Shown: positions 45,667-55,708 of the stretch, piece after piece
Position numbering within the stretch: position 1 is the stretch's first letter
How the letters are laid out: each line of letters opens with the position of its first letter
DNA from: an uncultured Methanoregulaceae archaeon
GTDB taxonomy: Archaea; Halobacteriota; Methanomicrobia; Methanomicrobiales; Methanospirillaceae
DNA: 64,000 nucleotides
Assembly (NCBI GenBank): GCA_963717525.1
Contig: OY970343.1
Coordinates: 352,001-416,000, forward strand
Direction: 5' to 3'
The notes under the pieces: model-generated
Told to the model about the DNA's origin: nothing
What the model saw: the letters and a program-made list of their open reading frames with translations, nothing else
The model's database searches: none
Translations under genes and position numbers: made by a program

Positions 45667-48259
45667 ATGGTTTCCTCTGACGAACTGCCCAAAAATTATG
45701 ATTTTGCCGTGGTGGAGGAGCGCTGGCGGGAGAGCTGGCGCGACGAGGACCACTATTTTGATCGAAACTCAACAAAGCCGCAGTTTGTGATCGATACGCC
45801 CCCGCCCTATCCCACGGGCAATTTCCATATCGGCAATGCACTGAACTGGTGTTATATCGACTTTTTCGCCCGGTACAAGCGGATGAAGGGCTATAACGTG
45901 ATGTTCCCGCAGGGCTGGGACTGCCACGGCCTTCCCACCGAGGTAAAAGTCGAGGAACTCAACCATATCACCAAAAACGATGTCTCACGGGAGGAGTTCC
46001 GGAAGATGTGCCGGGAGCTCACGGAGAAGAATATAGAGCAGATGCGCCTGACGCTCCGGCGCATGGCATTCTCCACGGACTGGTCTAACGAGTACATCAC
46101 GATGATGCCGGAATATTACAAGAAGACCCAGCTCTCGTTTTTGAGGATGCAGAAATCCGGCTACATCTACCAGGACGAACACCCGGTCAACTACTGCACC
46201 CGGTGTGAGACGGCTATCGCGTTTGCCGAGGTCACCTACGAGGACCGCGAAACGCAGCTCAACTTCTTTGATTTCGACGGCGTGGAGATTGCGACCACCC
46301 GGCGGAGTACTCGCTGCCTGCGTCGCGGTCGCGGTCCACCCGGCCGACGACCGATACCACCGGCTGAAGGGAAAATCCCTCACGGTGCCGCTTTTCGGCC
46401 ACGCCGTCCCGGTCGTTCAGGATGAGGCAGTCGACCCGGCGTTCGGGTCGGGTGCGGTCATGATCTGTACGTTTGGGGACAAGCAGGATGTCCACTGGTG
46501 GAAACAGCACAACCTCCCGCTCAGGAAAGCCATCGACCGCACCGGAAAGATGACGGATGTCTGCCAGAAGTACACCGGTCTTTCCACCGCCGAGTGCAGG
46601 AAGGCGGTCCTCGCGGATATGAAAGCGGATGGGATCCTCAAAAAGCAGGAGAGCCTGTCGCAGCGCGTCGGAACCTGCTGGCGCTGTAAGACGCCGATCG
46701 AGATCCTCTCCAACCGGCAATGGTTCATCCGGATCAGGCAAAAGGAGATCCGGGACGCGGCCCACCAGATCACATGGTACCCCCGGCACATGTTGCTCCG
46801 GATGGAGAACTGGATCGACCAGATGGAGTGGGACTGGTGTATCTCCCGGCAGCGGATCTTTGCGACCCCGATACCGGTCTGGTTCTGTGCGAAATGCGGC
46901 GAGATGGTCCTGCCTGACGAGAAAGACCTCCCCTGTGATCCGACGCTCACCCAGCCAAAGCACCCCTGCCCGAAGTGCGGCGGGAACGAATTTTTGGGCG
47001 AGGAGGACGTGCTCGATACCTGGATGGACTCGTCCATATCCGTCCTCAACGTCACCGGCTGGGATGGATCCGGCATGCCGAAGATCTTCCCTGCGCAGAT
47101 CCGCCCGCAGGGCCACGATATCATCCGGACCTGGGCGTTCTATTCGATCCTGCGCTCGGTGGCGCTCACCGGGAGCAAGCCCTGGGACCAGATCCTCGTC
47201 AACGGCATGGTGCTGGGCGAGGACGGTTTCAAGATGAGCAAGAGCCGGGGCAACGTGATAGTTCCCGAAGAGCTTGTGGGACGGTACGGCGCGGATGCCC
47301 TCAGGCAGTGGGCAGCAACCGGCGCCGCGATGGGCTCCGATATCATGTTCTCCTGGAACGACGTGATCGCCGCATCACGGTTCCAGACCAAGATGTGGAA
47401 CATCGCCCGGTTTGCGCTGATCCAGTTCGGGAAGGAGGGGATAGACGAGGACGCCAAGGTTACCGCACTCGCCGACCGGTGGCTGCTAGCCCGGCTCTCG
47501 GACACGGTGGCGTCGGTCAGCGCCTCGATGGAGAACTACGAGTTCGATGAGGCGCTCAAAAGCATCCGGGAATTTGCATGGGACGTGCTCGCCGACAATT
47601 ACATTGAGCTCGCGAAAGGCCGGCTCTATGCCGGAGGCGCGTCAAGGAAGAGTGCCTGCCGCGTCCTGTATGCGGCGTACGATGCGCTCTGCCGGATGCT
47701 TGCGCCGTTTGTCCCGTACTTTGCAGAGGAGTGCTACTCCTACCTCAACAAGGGGAGCGTGCACAAGCAGCCATGGGTTGCGTTCACCTTCGATGACCCT
47801 GCGGCCCGGGCTGAAGGTGACCTCCTCGTGAACGTGGTCGCCGGGGTGCGCAAGTACAAGCATGACCATGGTATGGCCTTGAATGCGCCGCTTGGGAAAG
47901 TCACCGTGTACTCCCCGCACACTGCAGGCGACGAGGGCGACACGGCCCGCACCTTAAACGCGGACGTCCACTGGAGGACCGACAAGGCCCACCTCGACCG
48001 GATAGTCGCCGGCATCGACTTCAACCGTGCCGTTGTCGGCCCGACATTCAGGAAGGATGCCGGTGCCTTTATGGAAGCGGTAAAAGCACTCTCCCCGGAA
48101 GAGCTGGCGCACCCGCCAAAGACCATAAAAGTGAACGGGAAGGATCTCGCGATCCCCGAAAATGCGTTTGCGGCGAATTATTCCTACATGGAAGAGGGCG
48201 CGCAGGTCGACGTGATCACGGTCGGCGACGTGATCGTGACGATTGCGACAAAGGAATAA
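45667..48259 (+). CDS. valS: valyl-tRNA synthetase (apparent indels ~46300)
   Basis: [40 protein letters not shown] and KMSKS; the conserved TTRPELL is broken by missing bases. Confidence 0.96.
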
Positions 48260-48311
48260 TTTTTTTTTAATTTGGTATTGAGGGTTTGTTGAGTACCTCA
48301 CGGAGCGATGG

Positions 48312-48602
48312 CTCCCCGCCTCAGGGCCCCTCGCGGGGCACGGCGGGGCAGGTGAGTGTCCGGGCTTTGTTGCCCTGATCCGCCGCGGCTCGGTGGACGT
48401 GAAAGTTGTCAGTGAGATTTTGAGGAAGGAGATTGAGAAGATGCTCTCCTCTCAGAAGTGAGGGAAGAAGTCCCTTTTCTCTCCTTTTTTTTGTATTTTC
48501 GGATTTTTTGATTTTCGCTGTTTCCCATTTTTGGATATTTCAGAAGTGCGTGCTCTTGGGGGCTAAAGCCCCCGCCGCACGGGCATCCCCCCATTGCGAT
48601 GA
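48312..48602. repeat. palindromic intergenic element E2
   Basis: 48312-48352 is a near-exact reverse complement of 44208-44247; 48558-48578 is the exact reverse complement of 44130-44150. Confidence 0.7.
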
Positions 48603-48700
48603 CCGTATCGGGAAAACAGTCCAGTGGGCTTCACGCTTATAGAAAATTTTTCAGAACAAAACGCAACCAATTTAATATTTATTCAACTATTCTTTAAATA

Positions 48701-49357
48701 ATGCGCAAAAGAAAACTTACAAACCGTGAAGTAAACTCAATAATTGCAATAGTTATCTTTTTAGTTCAACTACCGGTTAGAATTTATTTCATTATTCGAG
48801 ATTTATTAGATAAACTTCTTTTAACCCCAACTGCATATAAGAGAAAAAAATTACTTCTTCAACAATCAGATTTGGATTGGATAAAACGACAGAATATTCA
48901 TTATATGAGTGGTACAGAATTCGAATTGTATCTAAAGAGAATCTTTGAAAATTTAGGATATTCTGTCAATCTCACGTCTCAAACGAATGATCAGGGGGCT
49001 GACTTGATAATTCATAATCCTGACGAGTTTGTTGCAGTTCAGGCAAAAAGATATAATAAAAATGTGGGGAACAAAGCCGTCCAGGAGGTGGTTGCAGCAG
49101 TGAATTATTATCGGACAAACAGAGGGATGGTAGTAACTAATTCAAGTTTCACAAAATCCGCATACGATCTTGCGTATGCTAATAATATCGAACTTATTGA
49201 TGGACAACAACTTAATTTCCTGATTTTAAGGATGGAGAATGAAATTAATAACAAAATAAAAGAAAATCTCAGCAATCATTGTCCACAATGTGATCAAATC
49301 ATCAACGACAAAACATCAAAGTATTGTTTACACTGTGGTGCTAATTTAAAAAAATAA
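48701..49357 (+). CDS. Mrr-family restriction endonuclease with N-terminal hydrophobic helix and C-terminal Zn ribbon
   Basis: MSGTEFE, DQGADL, VQAKRY, AVQEV, VVTNSSFT and ELIDG; CPQC..CLHCG; AT-rich. Confidence 0.85.
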   Translation: MRKRKLTNREVNSIIAIVIFLVQLPVRIYFIIRDLLDKLLLTPTAYKRKKLLLQQSDLDWIKRQNIHYMSGTEFELYLKRIFENLGYSVNLTSQTNDQGADLIIHNPDEFVAVQAKRYNKNVGNKAVQEVVAAVNYYRTNRGMVVTNSSFTKSAYDLAYANNIELIDGQQLNFLILRMENEINNKIKENLSNHCPQCDQIINDKTSKYCLHCGANLKK

Positions 49358-49479
49358 ACGCGCTATTGCTTTAACATATTATTTGATATTTGGCCCCACT
49401 TTTCATAATCTCCCGTCCAGATGCCGAATTATTTCTGATACTAACTAAACAGTAAAATGTGGGGAGTGTTTGATAAAAA

Positions 49480-50658
49480 TTAAGATTGTTTCCTTATTAT
49501 TAGAATTCCTGCGCCAATCGCCAAAATACCAAATTCAATCCCGATTGGCGACTTTTGGGTAGGTGTATTGATTGGAATTGATGTGAATGCCTTTATTGTC
49601 GTGGCAGTCGGTCGGGGAGTATAATGAAATCCTGTGGGGGTGGCTGTCACCGTTTGAGTAGAAGAAGAATCTGGCAGGGTTGTTTGTGCGGTTACGCTCG
49701 TTGTTGAAATGGCTGTTGTCCCGGTTTGATTTGGTGTAAGTGTTTGGGCTGTTGTTGTTCCGGGAGCGAGGGGGGAGAGAACGGTAATTGTTGAAGTGGC
49801 AGGATTCGTTGGATTGCAGGTAGTGGAACTCGAAGCCTGCATTGTAACGGTATATACGCCAGAAATAGTGTAGTTGTGTGATGGATTCTTTTGATTCGAT
49901 CCTGTCCCATCACCAAAATTCCAGCTCCAGATTGTTGGATTATTCGATGATGTGTCAATAAAATCCACGCTCAATGGTGCCGGCCCACTGGTTGGTGTGG
50001 CAGTGAAAGAAGAATCTGGATCTGAAGGGGCAGTTATTACGATGTTATTTGTGGTGGACGCTGTGTAGACGGAGGTATATGGTGTCATGCCACCATAATT
50101 TCCCGTTATGTAGAATCCATTATACACGGTTAATGTTACAGGAAATGTTCTAGTACCTCCATTGCAGGGTTTAGTGTATGTATATGTTGGGTTTTGCAAT
50201 GTCGAAACACCCGAACCATCCCCGAAAGACCATGACCAGCGGTTTATAGGACACGTTAGAGACGTTGAAGTATCTGTAAACTGGACGGTTAATGGAACTG
50301 TGCCGGATGAAGGAGTTGTAGTAAAACTTGCACTCAATGGAGTTGTGGGAGGGGTTACAGTCACCGTTTGACTAGTAGTTGAAGATTGAGATCCATTATT
50401 GATAGTTAAACTGACTGTGTGTGTTCCAGTATTTATGAACACAGAAGGATTCTGGAAATGGGATGAATAATCCCCAGTATTTCCATTATTTCCGAAAGAC
50501 CATTGCCAAGAGCCAGGATTTCCTGAAGATGTGTCCGTGAATTGTATTTGATTACCGCATACTGAGGTCCAAGTAAAACTCGCAGAAAGGGGAGAGGCCT
50601 CACCGATCTGAACGACTCCAATCATCAATAATAAAAGAACCAAAACGATTTTTTTCAC
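49480..50658 (-). CDS. secreted PKD-domain surface protein
   Basis: Signal peptide, three PKD repeats (QFTDTS..WSFG..QNP), Thr/Pro-rich linker and C-terminal KSPIG + TM + RK tail; GTG start. Confidence 0.85.
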   Translation of the reverse strand: MKKIVLVLLLLMIGVVQIGEASPLSASFTWTSVCGNQIQFTDTSSGNPGSWQWSFGNNGNTGDYSSHFQNPSVFINTGTHTVSLTINNGSQSSTTSQTVTVTPPTTPLSASFTTTPSSGTVPLTVQFTDTSTSLTCPINRWSWSFGDGSGVSTLQNPTYTYTKPCNGGTRTFPVTLTVYNGFYITGNYGGMTPYTSVYTASTTNNIVITAPSDPDSSFTATPTSGPAPLSVDFIDTSSNNPTIWSWNFGDGTGSNQKNPSHNYTISGVYTVTMQASSSTTCNPTNPATSTITVLSPLAPGTTTAQTLTPNQTGTTAISTTSVTAQTTLPDSSSTQTVTATPTGFHYTPRPTATTIKAFTSIPINTPTQKSPIGIEFGILAIGAGILIIRKQS

Positions 50659-50794
50659 ACTACATCAACACATGTCTCTTATACATCCAGCCAGATATTC
50701 AATTTTTTCAATTAACTTTCAGATTTGGAAAGATCGGTTTATACCCTGCCGTTCAGTGATACGTTCTGTATACTCCTGTAATACGTACAAACTC

Positions 50795-50990
50795 ACCCGC
50801 CCCCTATCGGGGGTTGGCGCGACGCCGGGTCTGGTCGCGCTTGGGCAAGGATGTGTTTGGGAAAAACGATTCTAAAAATTTCCAGAGTCCTGGATAAGAG
50901 ACTGATCCGCCGCGGGGGCGTCCCTTCGGGGGCGGCGGCACTCATCGCTTGTGGGGGTATGGGGGCATTAGCCCCCATCTTCTGAATCTG
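50795..50990. repeat. palindromic intergenic element E3
   Basis: CTGATCCGCCGCGG at 50902-50915 is identical to 48375-48388; GGGGGCATTAGCCCCC at 50961-50976 differs by one base from E1; further hairpins GCGCGAC..GTCGCGC and CCCTTCGGG. Confidence 0.65.
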
Positions 50991-51173
50991 CCAAAATCTG
51001 ATGCATTATGTACTGCTCACTAGCTGAGGATTCCGGAATAACGTATTGTTAACTGGGAATATTGCACAAATGGACGTAGGGTAAAATATGACATTTATTT
51101 TTCAAAAATGACACACTTTTAACTATAAATATAATAATAAAGATTGGAATATTTTCGACTTGGATTAGCGTTG

Positions 51174-51677
51174 CTATGGATTTACATCTAGTTCTGATTT
51201 GTGTTGATTGAAAAAATCAACCCATCTTTTAACACATTGCGTCGCGACATCAAAAGCATCGAATTCTTGTCCTGAATCGGATTTAATATACCATTTTCTG
51301 ATTACCGGAGGATTTGGTTGAAATAAATCCAAATGAACCTCAGTTCGCATTGATGTTTCTTCACCAAAACGAGAATGAGTTAAATCAAGATGTTTCGCTC
51401 CATTGCAGATGTCTGCACACAATTTTAAACAATCATTTTGATCGATATAATCTTCGACAACTCTATTCAAATGGGTATTAGAAATATCATTTTTTATCCA
51501 ATCTTTTAGGTGATAACAACTCATGAAAAATGCTAATACATCATCAAATTGACCTTCAAAAGACGCATCTTTTTGAGTACCTCCGTTTATTTCTTTAAAA
51601 CGATCATACCAACGAAATACTCTATAAAGTTGGTCAATGCAAAGTTGTCCTTTTGGTAAATTTCTTAATTGCGTCAT
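51174..51677 (-). CDS. hypothetical protein, HEPN-like helical domain
   Basis: AFFMSCYHLKDWI and LCADICNGAKH motifs; AT-rich; directly downstream of the FRG gene. Confidence 0.6.
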   Translation of the reverse strand: MTQLRNLPKGQLCIDQLYRVFRWYDRFKEINGGTQKDASFEGQFDDVLAFFMSCYHLKDWIKNDISNTHLNRVVEDYIDQNDCLKLCADICNGAKHLDLTHSRFGEETSMRTEVHLDLFQPNPPVIRKWYIKSDSGQEFDAFDVATQCVKRWVDFFNQHKSELDVNP

Positions 51678-51708
51678 AATTTTCAAAAATAACCATTGTT
51701 AACTGTGA

Positions 51709-52473
51709 CTATCCCGAAAAATATATTTTCTTAATCCTACGCCCCAATCCATCAAGGTCTGGGAATAATGTAAATTCGTCCATATTTGCCATCTTTAAAA
51801 ATTTTATCGCGTCGGGAATGACATCTTTTGGTATATCAAATCGTTTGATGACATCGGTTGAGTAAATTTTATCTAACGGACTCAAATTAGAACCATGCAC
51901 TGTAAAAAAACTGTTCTGAGCCGTTATACGAGGATGACTTTTTACAGGAAATATTGCGATAGGATTTTCAAATGCCTTTTTCTCGAATTCACGTGTTATA
52001 AACATTTTCTTATAATCAAGTACCTGTCCTTCCTCCATACTGATAATTCGCGGTTTTTTCACAGATTTTATATTTAACATTTTAGGGTTCATTATCCACA
52101 CGCAGGGTGTTTTAGTTTCATCATAATTGCGTAATGCAAAATATAGCGCGACCGCAAAACTTCCCGTCCAATCAAGAAGCCTTGTCGGGATTCCATGATG
52201 CTGCATTTCATAAAGTACTTCCCACGAATCTTTCACACAGTTTGAATGAAAATTCGAGGAATTGCTCACAAAATCATAATATACAGTCATTTCCCGATCT
52301 TTTGAAGACTGAAGATCGCAAGAAATGCCTATGTCTCTAAATAAAGCGGGCAACAAGGTATGAGATTTTTTTGATAAACCTCGAAAAAATGGGGAATGAC
52401 ATCCATTAGTTTTATCGTTAAAAAGCCGATCAATTTCTTCGATTATTTCGGAATGGAAATCTGCCCAAGACAT
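51709..52473 (-). CDS. FRG domain-containing protein
   Basis: FFRG, MQHHGIPTRLLDWT...ALYFA, RITAQNSFFTVH and LFPDLDG. Confidence 0.9.
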   Translation of the reverse strand: MSWADFHSEIIEEIDRLFNDKTNGCHSPFFRGLSKKSHTLLPALFRDIGISCDLQSSKDREMTVYYDFVSNSSNFHSNCVKDSWEVLYEMQHHGIPTRLLDWTGSFAVALYFALRNYDETKTPCVWIMNPKMLNIKSVKKPRIISMEEGQVLDYKKMFITREFEKKAFENPIAIFPVKSHPRITAQNSFFTVHGSNLSPLDKIYSTDVIKRFDIPKDVIPDAIKFLKMANMDEFTLFPDLDGLGRRIKKIYFSG

Positions 52474-53009
52474 TTTTTTAACCTCAATTGATACATAATC
52501 GTTTCAGAATAATATACTTTCAACTTTGAAATTGTTGTCTTGAACAGCATCAATTCTGTGACTTATTCTATATTCGCCTAGGAGCCTTCAGACGTTCCAT
52601 TCTGAATAAGTCTATAGTAGCCGAGAGCCCTTGTTGTGGGGGAGACCCCCCTCCCCCCGCCCCCGATCTAAGATACACTAATCCGGCCCCAGATTAAACC
52701 CGGATTGCCCTTTTCCGGATCCAATCGGAGCCCAAATTGGGCTCCGTTTTAAAACGAGCCCAAATCAGCCGTATTTTGAAAAACGGACAAAATATATCGT
52801 TCGTATAAACGCGTTTTTCGGGCCGATCTTGTATCAAACAGGCACTTGGTGGATCCCGAAAAAAGATGCCAAAAGAACGCTTTTGTGAGGCTGTTAAAGG
52901 CATTATATCGGGCTCAATTTCGGCTTATTTTGGCAAACAAATCGATTTATTGGCGTCATTTCCACGCGAACCGAAACAATCGGTTTTACGGGTGTATTTT
53001 CGGGAGATG

Positions 53010-53408
53010 TCAGGATTTTTCCCGGTTCGTCCGCTTTTTCTTTGCGTTCGTGCCCGGCTTCAGGGCCGTGCTATCATCGAGAATTTTCCGGACTCCCCGC
53101 TTTAACACCGGTAAATCCTGCCGTATGGTCTCATACACCGCTTCATAGTCCACGCCAAAATAGTGGTGGATGAGTTTGTCGCGCATCCCGGCCGTTGCCT
53201 TCCAGGGAATATCCGGGGCGTCCTTACGCAATTGCGGCGAGACATTTTTTGCCGCCTCGCCAATAATGGAGAGCATTCGTTCGATCCCCGCGCGTTCGAG
53301 CGGATGGTCTTTGAGCTCTTCAGCAGAAGAGATGTTTTTCCCAAATTTTTCGATATGGGAAATTGCATCAAGGATATGATGGAGGTACGCCGGATCTTCC
53401 GGTTTCAT
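53010..53408 (-). CDS. HEPN (DUF86/HepT-like) ribonuclease toxin
   Basis: YLHHILDAI, IIGEAAK, IPWK and GMRDKLIHHYF (RX4H). Confidence 0.9.
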   Translation of the reverse strand: MKPEDPAYLHHILDAISHIEKFGKNISSAEELKDHPLERAGIERMLSIIGEAAKNVSPQLRKDAPDIPWKATAGMRDKLIHHYFGVDYEAVYETIRQDLPVLKRGVRKILDDSTALKPGTNAKKKRTNREKS

Positions 53409-53701
53409 CCATAGATCACCACTTCGTCCCGGTGGATTGAGGAGGAAAGGTACGGGCTGACCGATTTTTCCGTAACAAGATCGACCGGTACCTTGACGGA
53501 TTTTGCTATTTCATCCTCGATCTGGACCAGCTGGATAAGGCTTTTTGGACGGGCAAACCGGACAAGGATGTCGATATCGCTTTTTTTGCCGGCCTCTCCC
53601 CGGGCATAGGAACCAAAGATGGCGATCCGTTCAGCATCGTACTTTTTTAGTATCGTAACGATGCGATCCCGAATTTCTTTTTTGATCCTGCGTGCCGCCA
53701 T
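53405..53701 (-). CDS. minimal nucleotidyltransferase (MNT) antitoxin
   Basis: FGSYARGE...SDIDIL (GSX10DXD) and VDLV; ATGA overlap with the HEPN gene. Confidence 0.9.
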   Translation of the reverse strand: MAARRIKKEIRDRIVTILKKYDAERIAIFGSYARGEAGKKSDIDILVRFARPKSLIQLVQIEDEIAKSVKVPVDLVTEKSVSPYLSSSIHRDEVVIYG

Positions 53702-53850
53702 ACCCTGACCCCCACCGTTTCGTTTTTGTAATTGATTAGTATTATTGCCGGCCCTTCATCAGTCTTTTGCCGGGCCCATGTAATCTGCTGACAGGCCACC
53801 CCACCCATCATCATGATCGGTCCCCCGGCCTCCAAAAAAACCGGGCACCT

Positions 53851-54143
53851 CCCTCCCCCCTACCCCCCGCACCGCAAAAAAAATGATCGGACCGATCAAT
53901 TTCAAAATTGGTCGGGGCGACCCTTCATGTTCCAGTTTTTCGGCCCGTATTTCCACTGGAGTTTCAGATGAAACGGGGTGGTCGATCCGATCGTTTTCAA
54001 AACCGGTCGGTCCGGCCAATTTCAGAAATGATCGGGGCGACCCTTCACGCACGCAGATCTGAGGTAGCCCCCCTCCCCCCTACCCTCCACACCACAAAAA
54101 AATCGATCGGACCGATCAAATTCAGAATCGGCCGGGGCGACCC
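53851..54143. repeat. three degenerate direct repeats with palindromic cores (E5)
   Basis: Core like GATCGGACCGATCAATTTCAAAATTGGTCGGGGCGACCC at ~53885, ~54005 and ~54105; copies 1 and 3 also share a CCCTCCCCCCTACCC..CACC.CAAAAAAA leader. Confidence 0.75.
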
Positions 54144-54375
54144 AGTTACCCGCCAAAAAGATCGCTTGTGTTGCCGGGCACTTCCAAAAGAGATTGAGTC
54201 ACGAGCCGGCAATTATCGGGATACAACCGATTAACCATCAGGGGCACTCAAGATACCTGTCCCTCGCCCAGCGAGAGCCCGACGAGGCGCCCGAGCGACC
54301 CCCGAAGGGGGTGGGCTCTCTCGTTAATATCTAAAAAAAGAATCCCATTAATTCAGTACAGGGAGATTTCCCGGA

Positions 54376-54999
54376 TTATTTCCTCTTCCGTTTCCCTCCC
54401 TCCACCACAACCAGCCGGATCGCGTCGGCGACAAACCGGGCAATCTCCTCTTTTTCCAGCATGGCATCAACAACGACAAACCGGCCCGGTTCTGCCCGGG
54501 CAAACTCCAGGTACCGGTCCTGGACTTTTTCGAGGATTTCGCGCCGCTCGAAATGCTCCCGCCCGGTCTTTCCTTCGAGGCGTGCAAGCGCGTCGTCAAC
54601 CGGGATTGCAAGGAGGAAGGTCTTGTCCGGCACAATCGACCAGCCGTTGTGCATCGCCCGCAGCCATCCCTCCGGGTCGGGGATGGTGCCTTCGAGCGTG
54701 ACCGACTGGTAGGCGAACCGGCTGTCCGAGTACCGGTCGGAGATCACCAGTTTTTTGTGGGCGAGCGCCGGGCGCACCACGGTTGCAAGGTGGGCGGCGT
54801 GATCGGCGACAAAGAGCGTGGCCTCGGTGACGGGATCGAGCTGCTCGGCAACCGCCCGCCGTACCGCCTCGCCCACCCATGTCGCCCCCGGTTCACGGGT
54901 GAAGACCGGGTCGAGATCGGCGAGCTTTTCCCTGAGGGCATCGAGCAGCGTGCTCTTCCCGGTGCCATCGATTCCTTCGAGCGTGACTAGCACCAGCAT
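54376..54999 (-). CDS. tmk: thymidylate kinase
   Basis: EGIDGTGKST, TREPG and ISDRYSDSRFAYQ. Confidence 0.93.
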   Translation of the reverse strand: MLVLVTLEGIDGTGKSTLLDALREKLADLDPVFTREPGATWVGEAVRRAVAEQLDPVTEATLFVADHAAHLATVVRPALAHKKLVISDRYSDSRFAYQSVTLEGTIPDPEGWLRAMHNGWSIVPDKTFLLAIPVDDALARLEGKTGREHFERREILEKVQDRYLEFARAEPGRFVVVDAMLEKEEIARFVADAIRLVVVEGGKRKRK

Positions 55000-55664
55000 C
55001 CCCTCCGGATCCACTCGGCAGGGACAGCCCCCTTGTGGAGGGCAGTTGCGATAATGGCGCCGTCAAAGCCGGCGTCTTTTATGGTGTCGAGATCGGCGAC
55101 AGATGCAACTCCCCCTCCATACAGCAGCCGGCCCGGATACGCAGACCGCCACGCTTCGAGCGGGCCGGTGCCGGCGCCGATCCCGTTTTCGGTCCCCACA
55201 AACCCGAGGTTCAGGATGATGCAGCCCTCGAAGTTCCAGCCCCGGGCTGACCGGAGCACGGTCTCCGGCGAATCCCCGGTCGGGATCACTTTGCCGTTCA
55301 CAACGTCCACGCTCAGGTACCCCCCGTTGTACCGGGAAAGATCCGCAAGGCTCGTCTCGGTCCCGATAATATTTTCAATATTTGGCCCGGCGAGCAGGTC
55401 AGCTGGCGACCGCGTTCCCCGGTCCACGTAGCAGCGATCGACAAGGCAGGCACATTCCTGGATAAGCCTGTCGTGGTTGCCGGTCCCCTCGATCCGGTCG
55501 AGATCGGCGATATAGAGAAATTTTGGTGCGACGGCTTTCACAAAACCTGTTGGCTCTGCCGTCGGAGAAAGTCCCCAATCCAGCGGTTTGTAGGTCGCAC
55601 GCATCCCGGATTTTCCGTGTACGACTTTATTGCGCCGCAAATCCAACGCGAGCACGAGTTCCAT
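54987..55664 (-). CDS. HisA/HisF-related TIM-barrel protein
   Basis: LALDL..NKVVHG, LYIADLDRIEG, VDRG, YGGGV and ATALH. Confidence 0.8.
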   Translation of the reverse strand: MELVLALDLRRNKVVHGKSGMRATYKPLDWGLSPTAEPTGFVKAVAPKFLYIADLDRIEGTGNHDRLIQECACLVDRCYVDRGTRSPADLLAGPNIENIIGTETSLADLSRYNGGYLSVDVVNGKVIPTGDSPETVLRSARGWNFEGCIILNLGFVGTENGIGAGTGPLEAWRSAYPGRLLYGGGVASVADLDTIKDAGFDGAIIATALHKGAVPAEWIRRGCWC

Positions 55665-55708
55665 CGACAACCCAAAACCACTATTAGGATAAAAGATCAT
55701 TAAAGTTT

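Noticed and set aside
46290..46320. Programmed frameshift in valS
   Set aside because: No slippery site; two missing bases within the conserved TTRPELL motif fit sequencing error better.
53851..54143. Possible CRISPR array
   Set aside because: Only three degenerate units, unequal long spacers that partly repeat each other, and no cas genes.
48300..54330. Canonical integron with attC sites
   Set aside because: No RYYYAAC...GTTRRRY-bounded sites found by eye, genes are not uniformly oriented, and no IntI is in the window; kept only as a non-canonical hypothesis.
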